Positions 49,111 to 56,544 of a DNA stretch of 64,000 nt are shown here, piece by piece. Origin of the DNA: Minisyncoccota bacterium (lineage in GTDB: Bacteria > Patescibacteriota > Minisyncoccia > Phycocordibacterales > UBA9973). Where the stretch lies: positions 11,047 to 75,046 of the forward strand of contig JANOFO010000003.1 of assembly GCA_031413715.1 (NCBI GenBank), given 5' to 3'. The stretch's first letter is position 1; each line of letters begins with the position of its first letter. The position numbers and the translations under genes were made by a program. A model generated the notes under the pieces. It saw only the letters and a program-made list of their open reading frames with translations, made no database searches and was not told the origin of the DNA.

Positions 49111-49518
49111 TTATTTTAAAAACTTATTTAGAATTATTTTTACATCATTCAAATCTTTATACTCTTCTACTTGGAATGCACTGTTGCCACTCACCATAGC
49201 AGAAAGTGATTTATCTGGGACATGTCTGTAGAGACAGAGTACTTTTTTATGTAGATTCTCGGCAATCCCGAGCTCATAGCCTACGCCAAGCGATGGAGTC
49301 GTAACTTCGGCCACTATCATGTCGGAATTTTTGAGCCATTTCATATCTCTATTGTATATAAACTCTGCAGCCTTTTGTTCCCCTTTTTCAGATATGCTAG
49401 CATCACCAATATGCTCAGTCAGAATTTCTCCGTAACTTTTCAATATCTCTATAATCTGAACATACAACTCTCTATCATCTCGCCCTCCCCGTATTGAACC
49501 TGCAAAGTATATTTTCAT
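49111..49518 (-). CDS. 2'-deoxynucleoside 5'-phosphate N-hydrolase (DNPH1/Rcl family)
   Basis: 135 aa. KIYFAGSIRGGRDDRELY...ILTEHI...VAEVTTPSLGVGYELG...SLSAMV...FQVEEY aligns closely along its length with my memory of the animal DNPH1/Rcl sequence, including the catalytic E in VGYELG. Confidence 0.75.
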   Translation of the reverse strand: MKIYFAGSIRGGRDDRELYVQIIEILKSYGEILTEHIGDASISEKGEQKAAEFIYNRDMKWLKNSDMIVAEVTTPSLGVGYELGIAENLHKKVLCLYRHVPDKSLSAMVSGNSAFQVEEYKDLNDVKIILNKFLK

Positions 49519-49523
49519 AATTA

Positions 49524-50087
49524 CTATTCTAAATTAAATTTGTTTAAAAATAAATCGATCTCCTTATGGAAAGCTTCCAAGTCAGAATTATTCAGAATAG
49601 AATAATCTGCAAGTTTCAGACATTCAAAAACTCGCGGTAAATTTGGCAGAGAATTCTCAGTTTTTTCATTTTGAATAAATTCTTCTAATGTTGTTGCTTC
49701 TCCTAATTTATTGCGATTTACGCTTCTTTCAAATCGAACTTTTGTATCAGCTTCAATTACAAGCAATGCAAGGTTTGAATTCGCACGCATATATTCTATT
49801 GTGCCCAAAATTCGCATGCCAGTTATTATCCCTCTATCACCAGTGATTCTATTTAGAGCAAGTCTGGCAAAATGATCAGGACCCTTTTCCTTAACAAGAC
49901 TATTGCCTATCTTGATGAGATTTTCTCTCGTTGGTTCGATATTGTCTTCCTTTGCTAGATCTCTCAATATCTCGCTTATTGGGGAAGAAGGTATTTTTAA
50001 TTTTTTCGAAATATATTCTGCTGCCGTATCTTTACCAGAACTAATAGTACCAATAATACCAATTATAGTTTTTCTTCCTTGGTTCAT
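49524..50087 (-). CDS. dNMP kinase-like P-loop kinase (phage T4 gp1-like SGKDT motif)
   Basis: 187 aa. IIGIIGTISSGKDTAAEYI matches the T4 gp1 motif GVKRSGKDTTADFI. The overall size is also similar to gp1. Confidence 0.5.
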   Translation of the reverse strand: MNQGRKTIIGIIGTISSGKDTAAEYISKKLKIPSSPISEILRDLAKEDNIEPTRENLIKIGNSLVKEKGPDHFARLALNRITGDRGIITGMRILGTIEYMRANSNLALLVIEADTKVRFERSVNRNKLGEATTLEEFIQNEKTENSLPNLPRVFECLKLADYSILNNSDLEAFHKEIDLFLNKFNLE

Positions 50088-50088
50088 A

Positions 50089-50550
50089 TCATTTCGTTCC
50101 TAACTCTTTTAAAGCTTCGGTTGCGAGGTGCAAAACATTAGGACGAAGGTTCATATTGTTAAGCTCCTCCTTGCTGACCCAACGTGTTTCAGTAAGCTCG
50201 TGCTCGCTTTCCGAATTTAAAACCTTATCGGAATCCGTTGTAGCAAAATATACAAGAACAATATGTTCGTGTGTTTCATTTACCAAATGTTTTCCTAAGT
50301 ATCGAGGAGACGGCAGATAAGAATAATCGTCGTCATCAAAAATAGGAACTTCGCTTTGTATCTTAATATCTAATCCGACCTCTTCTTTCACTTCACGATA
50401 CGCTGCCTCGATGGGATCCTCATCAAGTTCTATATGCCCGCCAACAGAAAGCCAAATTTTATACTTGTCATGCATCCGAAGAAGCACCTTGTCCTTGTAA
50501 ACAATGAATACTTCTACTGTATAGTCGACTTTTTCGTGAAGGTGGGGCAT
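50089..50550 (-). CDS. NUDIX hydrolase
   Basis: 153 aa. Nudix box (GGHIELDEDPIEAAYREVKEEVGL). Confidence 0.8.
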   Translation of the reverse strand: MPHLHEKVDYTVEVFIVYKDKVLLRMHDKYKIWLSVGGHIELDEDPIEAAYREVKEEVGLDIKIQSEVPIFDDDDYSYLPSPRYLGKHLVNETHEHIVLVYFATTDSDKVLNSESEHELTETRWVSKEELNNMNLRPNVLHLATEALKELGTK

Positions 50551-50551
50551 G

Positions 50552-50980
50552 TTAATTAATCATACCAATAATCTCGCTAATATACTTATCTAAATTCTCT
50601 AGTGTTTTTAATTCTTCAGCCAAGAACCACTCATATTTATCATGCTCATCGCTAAGCTTTACTTTCCCTTTAGCCTGTCCTACATATGTAAGCCGGACGA
50701 CATGCTTATCTTCCTTTAATATATCTTGAGCAGAGAGGAGCTTTGGTTCCCCAACAAGTTCAAGCCCTGTTTCTTCAAGAACTTCTCTTTTAAGATTCTC
50801 TAAAAGAGAGACTCCTATATCTATTCGTCCTCCTGGAATATCCCAGATATCACGATCTTTTATTTCCGGATATTTCTCTTTAGAACGCTGAAGCAGGAGA
50901 TAGTTCCCTTCTTCATTTCTCAATAAAATTTTTACGCCAACTTGGAGATTCATATAAATAGAATATAACAAAAACAACAT
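50552..50980 (-). CDS. NUDIX hydrolase, first gene of the long minus-strand nucleotide operon
   Basis: 142 aa. Nudix box (GGRIDIGVSLLENLKREVLEETGLE). Confidence 0.75.
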   Translation of the reverse strand: MLFLLYSIYMNLQVGVKILLRNEEGNYLLLQRSKEKYPEIKDRDIWDIPGGRIDIGVSLLENLKREVLEETGLELVGEPKLLSAQDILKEDKHVVRLTYVGQAKGKVKLSDEHDKYEWFLAEELKTLENLDKYISEIIGMIN

Positions 50981-51003
50981 CAGAAATCCACCAGATCCAA
51001 AAG

Positions 51004-51037
51004 TGACACAAATTAGGCCATGGCGTAATTTGTGTCA
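51004..51037. promoter_or_regulatory. 34-bp palindrome 1 (TGACACAAATTAGGCCA|TGGCGTAATTTGTGTCA), a probable operator in the divergent promoter region
   Basis: 16 of 17 positions are self-complementary. Centred on CCATGG. It lies between the minus-strand NUDIX operon start (50980) and the plus-strand wHTH gene start (51066). Its right arm overlaps a candidate -35 for the plus-strand gene. Confidence 0.6.
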
Positions 51038-51065
51038 GTGTTGCTACAATGATAGAATAAGTTAT

Positions 51066-51545
51066 ATGTCTATAGTTGGGGAAATTTTGAAAGAATTGTG
51101 GGAAACTGAACATACCTATAAAGGTACTAAGGTAAACATCTTCGGTATCCCTCGTTTTAAAAAGTACTCCAAACGAACTTTGCGCTCTACTATCGACAGG
51201 CTTGCCAAAAAAGAAATAATTCAAAAAGAGATAGCTGGCATCGTCCTTTCAAAAAATGGTAGGCGTTATGTCAAAAGGAAGATGGACTCGCTTCACTCAT
51301 TTGAAAAACCTGACTATGCTTCTCTGTCAAAGAATCTCGTCGTTATGTTTGATATTCCTACGGAAAGAAAAGCGGAGCGAGAATGGCTGCGTTTCCATTT
51401 AAAAAAGTTTGGTTACATTATGATACAAAAAAGTGTGTGGGTTGGGCCTTCTCCTCTACCGAAAGAATTTAAAGATTATATTAAGAGCATTAAACTTCAT
51501 AATTGCATAAAAACATTTAAGCTGGCTAAACCATACAAAACATAA
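51066..51545 (+). CDS. Small winged-helix + Cas2-like (VapD/Cas2 fold) protein, a putative regulator
   Basis: 160 aa from the ATG at 51066. The ORF track's upstream GTG start only translates the palindrome. N-terminal K/R-rich wHTH-like region (..RSTIDRLAKKEIIQKEIAGIVLSKNGRRYV..). C-terminal LVVMFDIPTERKAEREWLRFHLKKFGYIMIQKSVWVGP resembles the Cas2 core (..VYDI...R...L...G.R.Q.SVF..). Confidence 0.45.
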   Translation: MSIVGEILKELWETEHTYKGTKVNIFGIPRFKKYSKRTLRSTIDRLAKKEIIQKEIAGIVLSKNGRRYVKRKMDSLHSFEKPDYASLSKNLVVMFDIPTERKAEREWLRFHLKKFGYIMIQKSVWVGPSPLPKEFKDYIKSIKLHNCIKTFKLAKPYKT

Positions 51546-51565
51546 TTATATAAGTAAAATCATGG

Positions 51566-51599
51566 TGACACATTTTCTGCCATGGCAGAAAATGTGTCA
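51566..51599. promoter_or_regulatory. 34-bp perfect palindrome 2 (TGACACATTTTCTGCCA|TGGCAGAAAATGTGTCA)
   Basis: Perfect 17+17 inverted repeat, 20 nt after the stop of the wHTH/Cas2-like gene. It shares the outer TGACACA/TGTGTCA and central CCATGG with palindrome 1. No flanking T-run, so it is not a typical intrinsic terminator. Confidence 0.6.
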
Positions 51600-51643
51600 A
51601 ACGTAAAAGTTATAATATATAGTAGATGCTTAATCTAAAATAT

Positions 51644-52222
51644 TTATAGATATTCTATTAATTGCTCATAGACTTCTGGTCTGTTCACTCGCAATGTTTC
51701 CCCTGTTTTGGTTGGAAGCTTAGCCATAGAAAGACCATATTGGTTGGCAAATGCAATAATTTTGTCCTCGGCAGCTTTGATCTCTGATTCATCGTTAACC
51801 AAAAGTTCTATTTCGCACGCTTTGAGTCCTGTTTCTATCTCGTCAATATCAATTAAAAATCCTTCTTTCTTATACTTCGTACGGTGAGTAGTAAAGCTTA
51901 CAAGTTCTTCTAAATTTTTCTTTACTTCAGTTTCTAAATAACTATCTGTATCAAATCCTAGTTTCTCGAGAATTTCTTTCTCATTTGTAATTTCTATAGC
52001 ATGCTTAGCTTTTTCGTTAGTGTCAGTTCCTATCTGAATCTTGAGTTCATAACTGCCATCTCGTTTACGCAATTTTATTTTCGCTTCACTTTTAAAATAA
52101 TCAAATGTGGGAGTATCGTAATAAATATCTCGAATTGATTTGTCTTCAACAAATTCTGCTCCTTCAAGCAAAGCTTTGAGCTGTTCATATGTTGGTTGAA
52201 ATTTCTTTTCTATCTCAATCAT
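51644..52222 (-). CDS. CYTH-domain protein (triphosphate tunnel metalloenzyme), co-operonic with glyA
   Basis: 192 aa. N-terminal MIEIEKKF (ExExK) and alternating acidic beta strands (..ELKIQIGTDTNEK.., ..EIELLVNDESE..). Its start overlaps the glyA stop (ATGA). Confidence 0.55.
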   Translation of the reverse strand: MIEIEKKFQPTYEQLKALLEGAEFVEDKSIRDIYYDTPTFDYFKSEAKIKLRKRDGSYELKIQIGTDTNEKAKHAIEITNEKEILEKLGFDTDSYLETEVKKNLEELVSFTTHRTKYKKEGFLIDIDEIETGLKACEIELLVNDESEIKAAEDKIIAFANQYGLSMAKLPTKTGETLRVNRPEVYEQLIEYL

Positions 52223-53496
52223 ACAAAACTCTTTGGTATCGGGTGCTTATGGGCTAGGGCTTTTACTTTCTCTTTTATTTCGGCTTTTTTGTCTGCATTA
52301 TCTTTGTTCTTGAGGGTCTCAATAAGGAGCTTGGCAACTTCGGCACAATCTTCTTCTTTGAATCCACGAGTAGTGATGGCTGGCGTGCCGAAACGAATAC
52401 CGGATGGATCAAGTGGCTTACGGGTATCATTTGCGATCGAGTTCATATTAAGGGTAATACCAACTTCATCAAGTACCGTCTGAGCTTCCTTTCCTGTAAC
52501 CCCAAGGGAGCCAAATACATCAGCAAGGATGAGGTGGTTATCTGTTCCCCCGCCGATCATGCGGACACCTTCATCTTTCAGAACTTTCTCCATTGCTTTG
52601 GCATTTTTTAATATCTGAGCTGCATATACTTTAAATTCTGGTCGGAGAGCTTCACCGAAGGCGATAGCTTTCGCAGCAATCGTGTGCATATGCGGGCCGC
52701 CTTGAATGCCTGGAAAGATAGATTTATCTATCTTTTTTGCGATCTCTTCATTCTCTCTAGTGAGGATCATACCACCACGCGGACCGCGAAGAGTTTTATG
52801 AGTAGTGGTTGTGATGATATCAAATCCGAAATCAAATGGATTTGGCAAAACTTTTGCAGCTATGAGTCCTGCGATGTGCGCCATATCAGCCATTGTGATC
52901 GCACCGACTTCTTTTGCAATGTCAACAAACTTCTGATAATTAAGATTGCGGGAATAAGCAGAGAATCCGGCAAGAATTATTTTAGGTTTCTTCTCGATTG
53001 CTACCTGGCGAAGGGCTTCATAGTCGATCTCGCCTGTCTCCGGATCTTTCATCTTGTAAGTCACGAAATTATAGATCTTTGCAGGAAGGGTCATCGGGTG
53101 GCCGTGTGTAAGATGCCCGCCATGAGAGAGATCCATGCCGAGCACGGTATCGCCGGGTTCAAGAAGAGCAGAGTAAACAGCAAGGTTGGCAGGGGCGCCG
53201 GAGTGTGGCTGAACATTCGCGAATTTGCAATCAAAAAGCTTGCACGCCCTTTCAATTGCCAATCGCTCGACTTGATCGGTAAATTCCTGCCCTCCGTAAT
53301 AACGACGTCCAGGATAGCCTTCAGAGTATTTGTTGGTAAGAACTGAGCCGTTGGCTTCCCGAACCGCCATAGAGACATAATTCTCGGAAGGTATTAGCTC
53401 AAGACCATCTTCTTCCCGTAATGTTTCCCCTTCTATCGCTTGTAGTATTTCCTTGTCTTGTTCTTCTATATACATCCCGATAGTGAAAAATGGCAT
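52219..53496 (-). CDS. glyA: Serine hydroxymethyltransferase
   Basis: 425 aa. ..LELIPSENYVSMAVREANGSVLTNKYSEGYPGRRYYGG.., PLP-Lys region (TTTTHKTLRGPRGG). Confidence 0.9.
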   Translation of the reverse strand: MPFFTIGMYIEEQDKEILQAIEGETLREEDGLELIPSENYVSMAVREANGSVLTNKYSEGYPGRRYYGGQEFTDQVERLAIERACKLFDCKFANVQPHSGAPANLAVYSALLEPGDTVLGMDLSHGGHLTHGHPMTLPAKIYNFVTYKMKDPETGEIDYEALRQVAIEKKPKIILAGFSAYSRNLNYQKFVDIAKEVGAITMADMAHIAGLIAAKVLPNPFDFGFDIITTTTHKTLRGPRGGMILTRENEEIAKKIDKSIFPGIQGGPHMHTIAAKAIAFGEALRPEFKVYAAQILKNAKAMEKVLKDEGVRMIGGGTDNHLILADVFGSLGVTGKEAQTVLDEVGITLNMNSIANDTRKPLDPSGIRFGTPAITTRGFKEEDCAEVAKLLIETLKNKDNADKKAEIKEKVKALAHKHPIPKSFV

Positions 53497-53630
53497 TATG
53501 TGTTGGCCGTTTTCAATTTTAATTAAGTAATAGTATAAAGCTAGGTTTTAAAACTAACTCCAGTGGTATCCCCGCACATGATAGGCTATGCCATTTTCTA
53601 CTACGGGATACATACACCGATTTTAGCATG

Positions 53631-53658
53631 TTGAACAAGAAATCAAAAACTGTATAAT
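53631..53658 (+). promoter_or_regulatory. Sigma70-like promoter of the thyX-like/dcd operon
   Basis: TTGAAC-16 nt-TATAAT, ending 6 nt before the ATG at 53665 (a very short leader). Confidence 0.5.
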
Positions 53659-53664
53659 GAGACT

Positions 53665-55020
53665 ATGCAATCTGGTAATATTGAAGAGCTCAAACACACA
53701 AAAGTGTCAATCAATGGCGGAGGAGTGGTCATCATCCTAGATACTGGATCAGTGATAGGACCTGAATCTTCGGCGATGCTACAAGCTCTTCACTCAAGAT
53801 CAACAAGTGGGCTTGAAGGTCATCTTGAAATTCTAGCTAAAAGAGGTTCTGAGAATTTCATGAAGAATTTCTATGTCGGATACGGACACAAATCTATCGG
53901 TGACTGTGGTACTGCATCTATTTTTATCGAAGGAGTATCTCTGCTTGTTGCAAAAGCTATACAAGACTGGCCTCTATATTCCGGACAAGAATCTTCTACA
54001 AGATATGTGGATTTCAGAGTACAACCTTTCAAAAATCCCATGGGTTTTGATGAGGGAAATAAAATACTAGAAACTTGGAGACAATTTTACATAGATTCAT
54101 TTGATAAGACGGTGGAATATTTAAAAACTCAATTCCCGATCGGCGAAGGAGAATCAGAATCTATTTATATAAAAGCAATAAATGCTCGGGCTTTTGATAC
54201 CTTACGTGGATTCCTACCAGCAGGTGCAGTTACAAACCTCGCTTGGTCTACCAACCTACGCCAAGCGGCGGATAAATTACTTGTTCTGCGACATCATCCA
54301 CTTTTGGAAGTCCGAGAAACAGCCGAAGCAATAGAGAAAGCTTTGATTGGAGCATACCCAAATTCGTTCGGCCACAAGAGATACGAAGCCACAGAAGAAT
54401 ACAATAAATATTGTATGGAGAATGATTACTATTATCACAATCCTAAATGTCCAGATTTCGAGATGACTTCAAATTCTATTGATGTAAAACTTCTACCGAG
54501 AGAAACACTCGAAAAACGTCCAGCAAAAACAGAACTGCCAAAACATTTGGGCGAATCTGGCACTATCCAATTTGAATTCCTACTTGATTTCGGATCATTC
54601 CGAGATATACAGAGACATCGTGCCATAATCCAGCGAATGCCATTACTGACAACAGAGCTCGGATTTGAAGAATGGTATATATATGAACTTCCAGAATCTA
54701 TACGAGAAAAAGCAAAAGCACTTTTAAAATCACAGGAGGAGAAAATTGCGTCACTCTCTATTTCGAAAGAAGAGAAGCAATATTATATAGCAATGGGTTA
54801 CAAAATTTCTAATCGCATAACCGGTAATCTACCTTCACTAGTATATTTGGCAGAGCTCCGCGCAACACGATTCGTCCACCCTACTCTTCGCAAGAGAGCG
54901 AAACAACTTGCAGACAAATTATCGGAGATATTTGGGAAGGATGGCTTGATAATTCACTTAGACGAAGAACCCGACCGATTTGACATAAAGCGTGGTGAGC
55001 ACGATATTGTGCTAAAATAA
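53665..55020 (+). CDS. Long, divergent ThyX-like (flavin-dependent thymidylate synthase family) protein
   Basis: 451 aa. GHKSIGDCGTASIFIEGVSLLVAKAIQDWPLYSGQESSTRY aligns to the ThyX core (GHxSPFEHxxFTFxIEG.S....Q..RHR-X7-S..RY), but DWP replaces the RHR. A separate RHR occurs later (FRDIQRHRAIIQRM) and an LR..R..H block follows (AELRATRFVHPTLRK). The protein is about twice the length of a canonical ThyX. Based on a memory-based alignment only. Confidence 0.5.
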   Translation: MQSGNIEELKHTKVSINGGGVVIILDTGSVIGPESSAMLQALHSRSTSGLEGHLEILAKRGSENFMKNFYVGYGHKSIGDCGTASIFIEGVSLLVAKAIQDWPLYSGQESSTRYVDFRVQPFKNPMGFDEGNKILETWRQFYIDSFDKTVEYLKTQFPIGEGESESIYIKAINARAFDTLRGFLPAGAVTNLAWSTNLRQAADKLLVLRHHPLLEVRETAEAIEKALIGAYPNSFGHKRYEATEEYNKYCMENDYYYHNPKCPDFEMTSNSIDVKLLPRETLEKRPAKTELPKHLGESGTIQFEFLLDFGSFRDIQRHRAIIQRMPLLTTELGFEEWYIYELPESIREKAKALLKSQEEKIASLSISKEEKQYYIAMGYKISNRITGNLPSLVYLAELRATRFVHPTLRKRAKQLADKLSEIFGKDGLIIHLDEEPDRFDIKRGEHDIVLK

Positions 55021-55024
55021 TACT

Positions 55025-55561
55025 ATGATTCTCTCTGATACGAAGATACTTGAGCATGTAGAAAAGGGCGATATAGTTATAACGCCATTTGATGTCGCCA
55101 ACATGGGTGGCAATTCGTATGATGTGCATTTGAGTAAATATTTTGCTCAATATATTGATAGTGAAATTGACGCAAAAAAGCATAATCAAATAAAACATTT
55201 TGAAATACGAGAAGAAGGATTCGTACTCATGCCCGGTGAGCTATACCTTGCCTCTACCCTAGAATACACAGAGTCGCATATCCACGTGCCATTCCTAGAA
55301 GGAAAATCTTCTACTGGCAGACTTGGCGTAGATATACATGCGACAGCAGGCAAAGGCGATGTCGGGTTCTGCGGATATTGGACTCTTGAAATCTCAACAT
55401 CAAAACCGGTGCGCATTTATCCTGGTATGCCGATTGGACAGCTCATTTACTATGTCGTAGAAGGTCCAGTCGAGCGTCTCTATCATAAAAAAGCGACAGC
55501 CAAGTATTCTCATCAAGAGAACTTACCAAAGGAGTCAATGATGTGGAAAAATTTTAAATAA
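55025..55561 (+). CDS. dcd: dCTP deaminase
   Basis: 178 aa. MILSDTKILEHVEKGDIVITPFD...GNSYDVHL...GELYLASTLEYT...GKSSTGRLGV is typical Dcd. Confidence 0.85.
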   Translation: MILSDTKILEHVEKGDIVITPFDVANMGGNSYDVHLSKYFAQYIDSEIDAKKHNQIKHFEIREEGFVLMPGELYLASTLEYTESHIHVPFLEGKSSTGRLGVDIHATAGKGDVGFCGYWTLEISTSKPVRIYPGMPIGQLIYYVVEGPVERLYHKKATAKYSHQENLPKESMMWKNFK

Positions 55562-55562
55562 G

Positions 55563-55598
55563 AAATGGCTGGTTCCTTAATAAAGGAACCAGCCATTT
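55563..55598. terminator. Bidirectional hairpin between dcd and pnp
   Basis: aaatggctggttcc-ttaataa-aggaaccagccattt (14-bp stem). Confidence 0.55.
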
Positions 55599-55616
55599 GA
55601 ATAAAATGAAAAATTC

Positions 55617-56438
55617 TTAAAGAGCTTTAATCACTGACGACAGGTAACTACCAAGCTGTCCCGAGAATTGCTTGGCCTTTTTTATATTATCTTCATGCGA
55701 ATGAATTCCAACAGCGTCGTTTGTAATAAACGCAAGTGAGAGAACTCTCGTTTTGTAGAGGGCTGCAACAGCAACTTCTGGTATTGTACTCATGCCTACT
55801 GCTTTGGCACCTGTATATGATAAGGCTAATTTGTCATATTTGCGACCTTCGAAGTTAGGGCCGAGCACCATAACATAGCCACCGGTGACAATCTTTCCGT
55901 TATACGCTTTCCGATTTTGGAGAGCGAGTTTCATTAGATCCTTGGACAATACATCGTCCGGTGAAGCGAATTCACTCACCCATAGAGGAAGTGGTACGTA
56001 CAGACTGACAAAGCCATCAATAACAACTAGGCACCCAGGCTCCAGTTTACTCTTTGGTAGTGCTCCTGCTGCACAGGTTGTAATCAACGTCTTAACACCT
56101 AATTTCATTAAAATTTCAGTTTGCAACCTAACCATCAAATAAATTGCTAGGCTACAAGGCTCTTCGTTCAGATGGATCCGTCCCTGTAGAACAATCACTT
56201 CTTTTCCTGCAACAGTACCATGGACAAACCTTCTGTTGTGGCCCTCTAACTTTCCCAATCTTGAAAAGCCAGGAACCTTTTCAAAGTTGATATACTGTGG
56301 ATTTTCAATCTTCAACTTATCCCCCCAACCTGTTCCCAAAATGATGCCAAGCCGAATGGGTTTTTTAATTTTAAATTTTTTACGTAAAAAATCAGCAGCT
56401 TTTGTCGCGGCAATTTCGCGGTTTCTATTTCTTTTCAT
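55617..56438 (-). CDS. Purine nucleoside phosphorylase / MTA phosphorylase (PNP-UDP family, trimeric type)
   Basis: 273 aa. ..LGIILGTGWG.., ..HNRRFVHGTVAGKEVIVLQGRIHL.., ..TTCAAGAL.., ..MSTIPEVAVA.. Confidence 0.8.
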   Translation of the reverse strand: MKRNRNREIAATKAADFLRKKFKIKKPIRLGIILGTGWGDKLKIENPQYINFEKVPGFSRLGKLEGHNRRFVHGTVAGKEVIVLQGRIHLNEEPCSLAIYLMVRLQTEILMKLGVKTLITTCAAGALPKSKLEPGCLVVIDGFVSLYVPLPLWVSEFASPDDVLSKDLMKLALQNRKAYNGKIVTGGYVMVLGPNFEGRKYDKLALSYTGAKAVGMSTIPEVAVAALYKTRVLSLAFITNDAVGIHSHEDNIKKAKQFSGQLGSYLSSVIKAL

Positions 56439-56544
56439 AGTAGAAATGTTTTAAATGATGAATGATGATTCCCACGAAAATTACCATTTATCTACATAAA
56501 TGTCAAAGAAATGCTTATGAGGAATTCTGAGTTATTTTTATTCT

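Noticed and set aside
51003-51065. GTG-initiated N-terminal extension of the wHTH/Cas2-like ORF (MTQIRPWRNLCQCC..)
   Set aside because: The extension is simply the translation of the 34-bp palindrome. The ATG at 51066 is preferred as the start.
51066-51545. CRISPR-Cas locus suggested by the Cas2-like fold
   Set aside because: No direct-repeat array or other cas genes were seen anywhere in the 64 kb. It is treated as a stand-alone Cas2/VapD-fold regulator.
53497-53630. Possible THF/ZTP riboswitch in the glyA leader
   Set aside because: Only a 7-bp inverted repeat (gtatccc...gggatac) was found. None of the conserved ZTP (pfl) or THF motif sequences is present.
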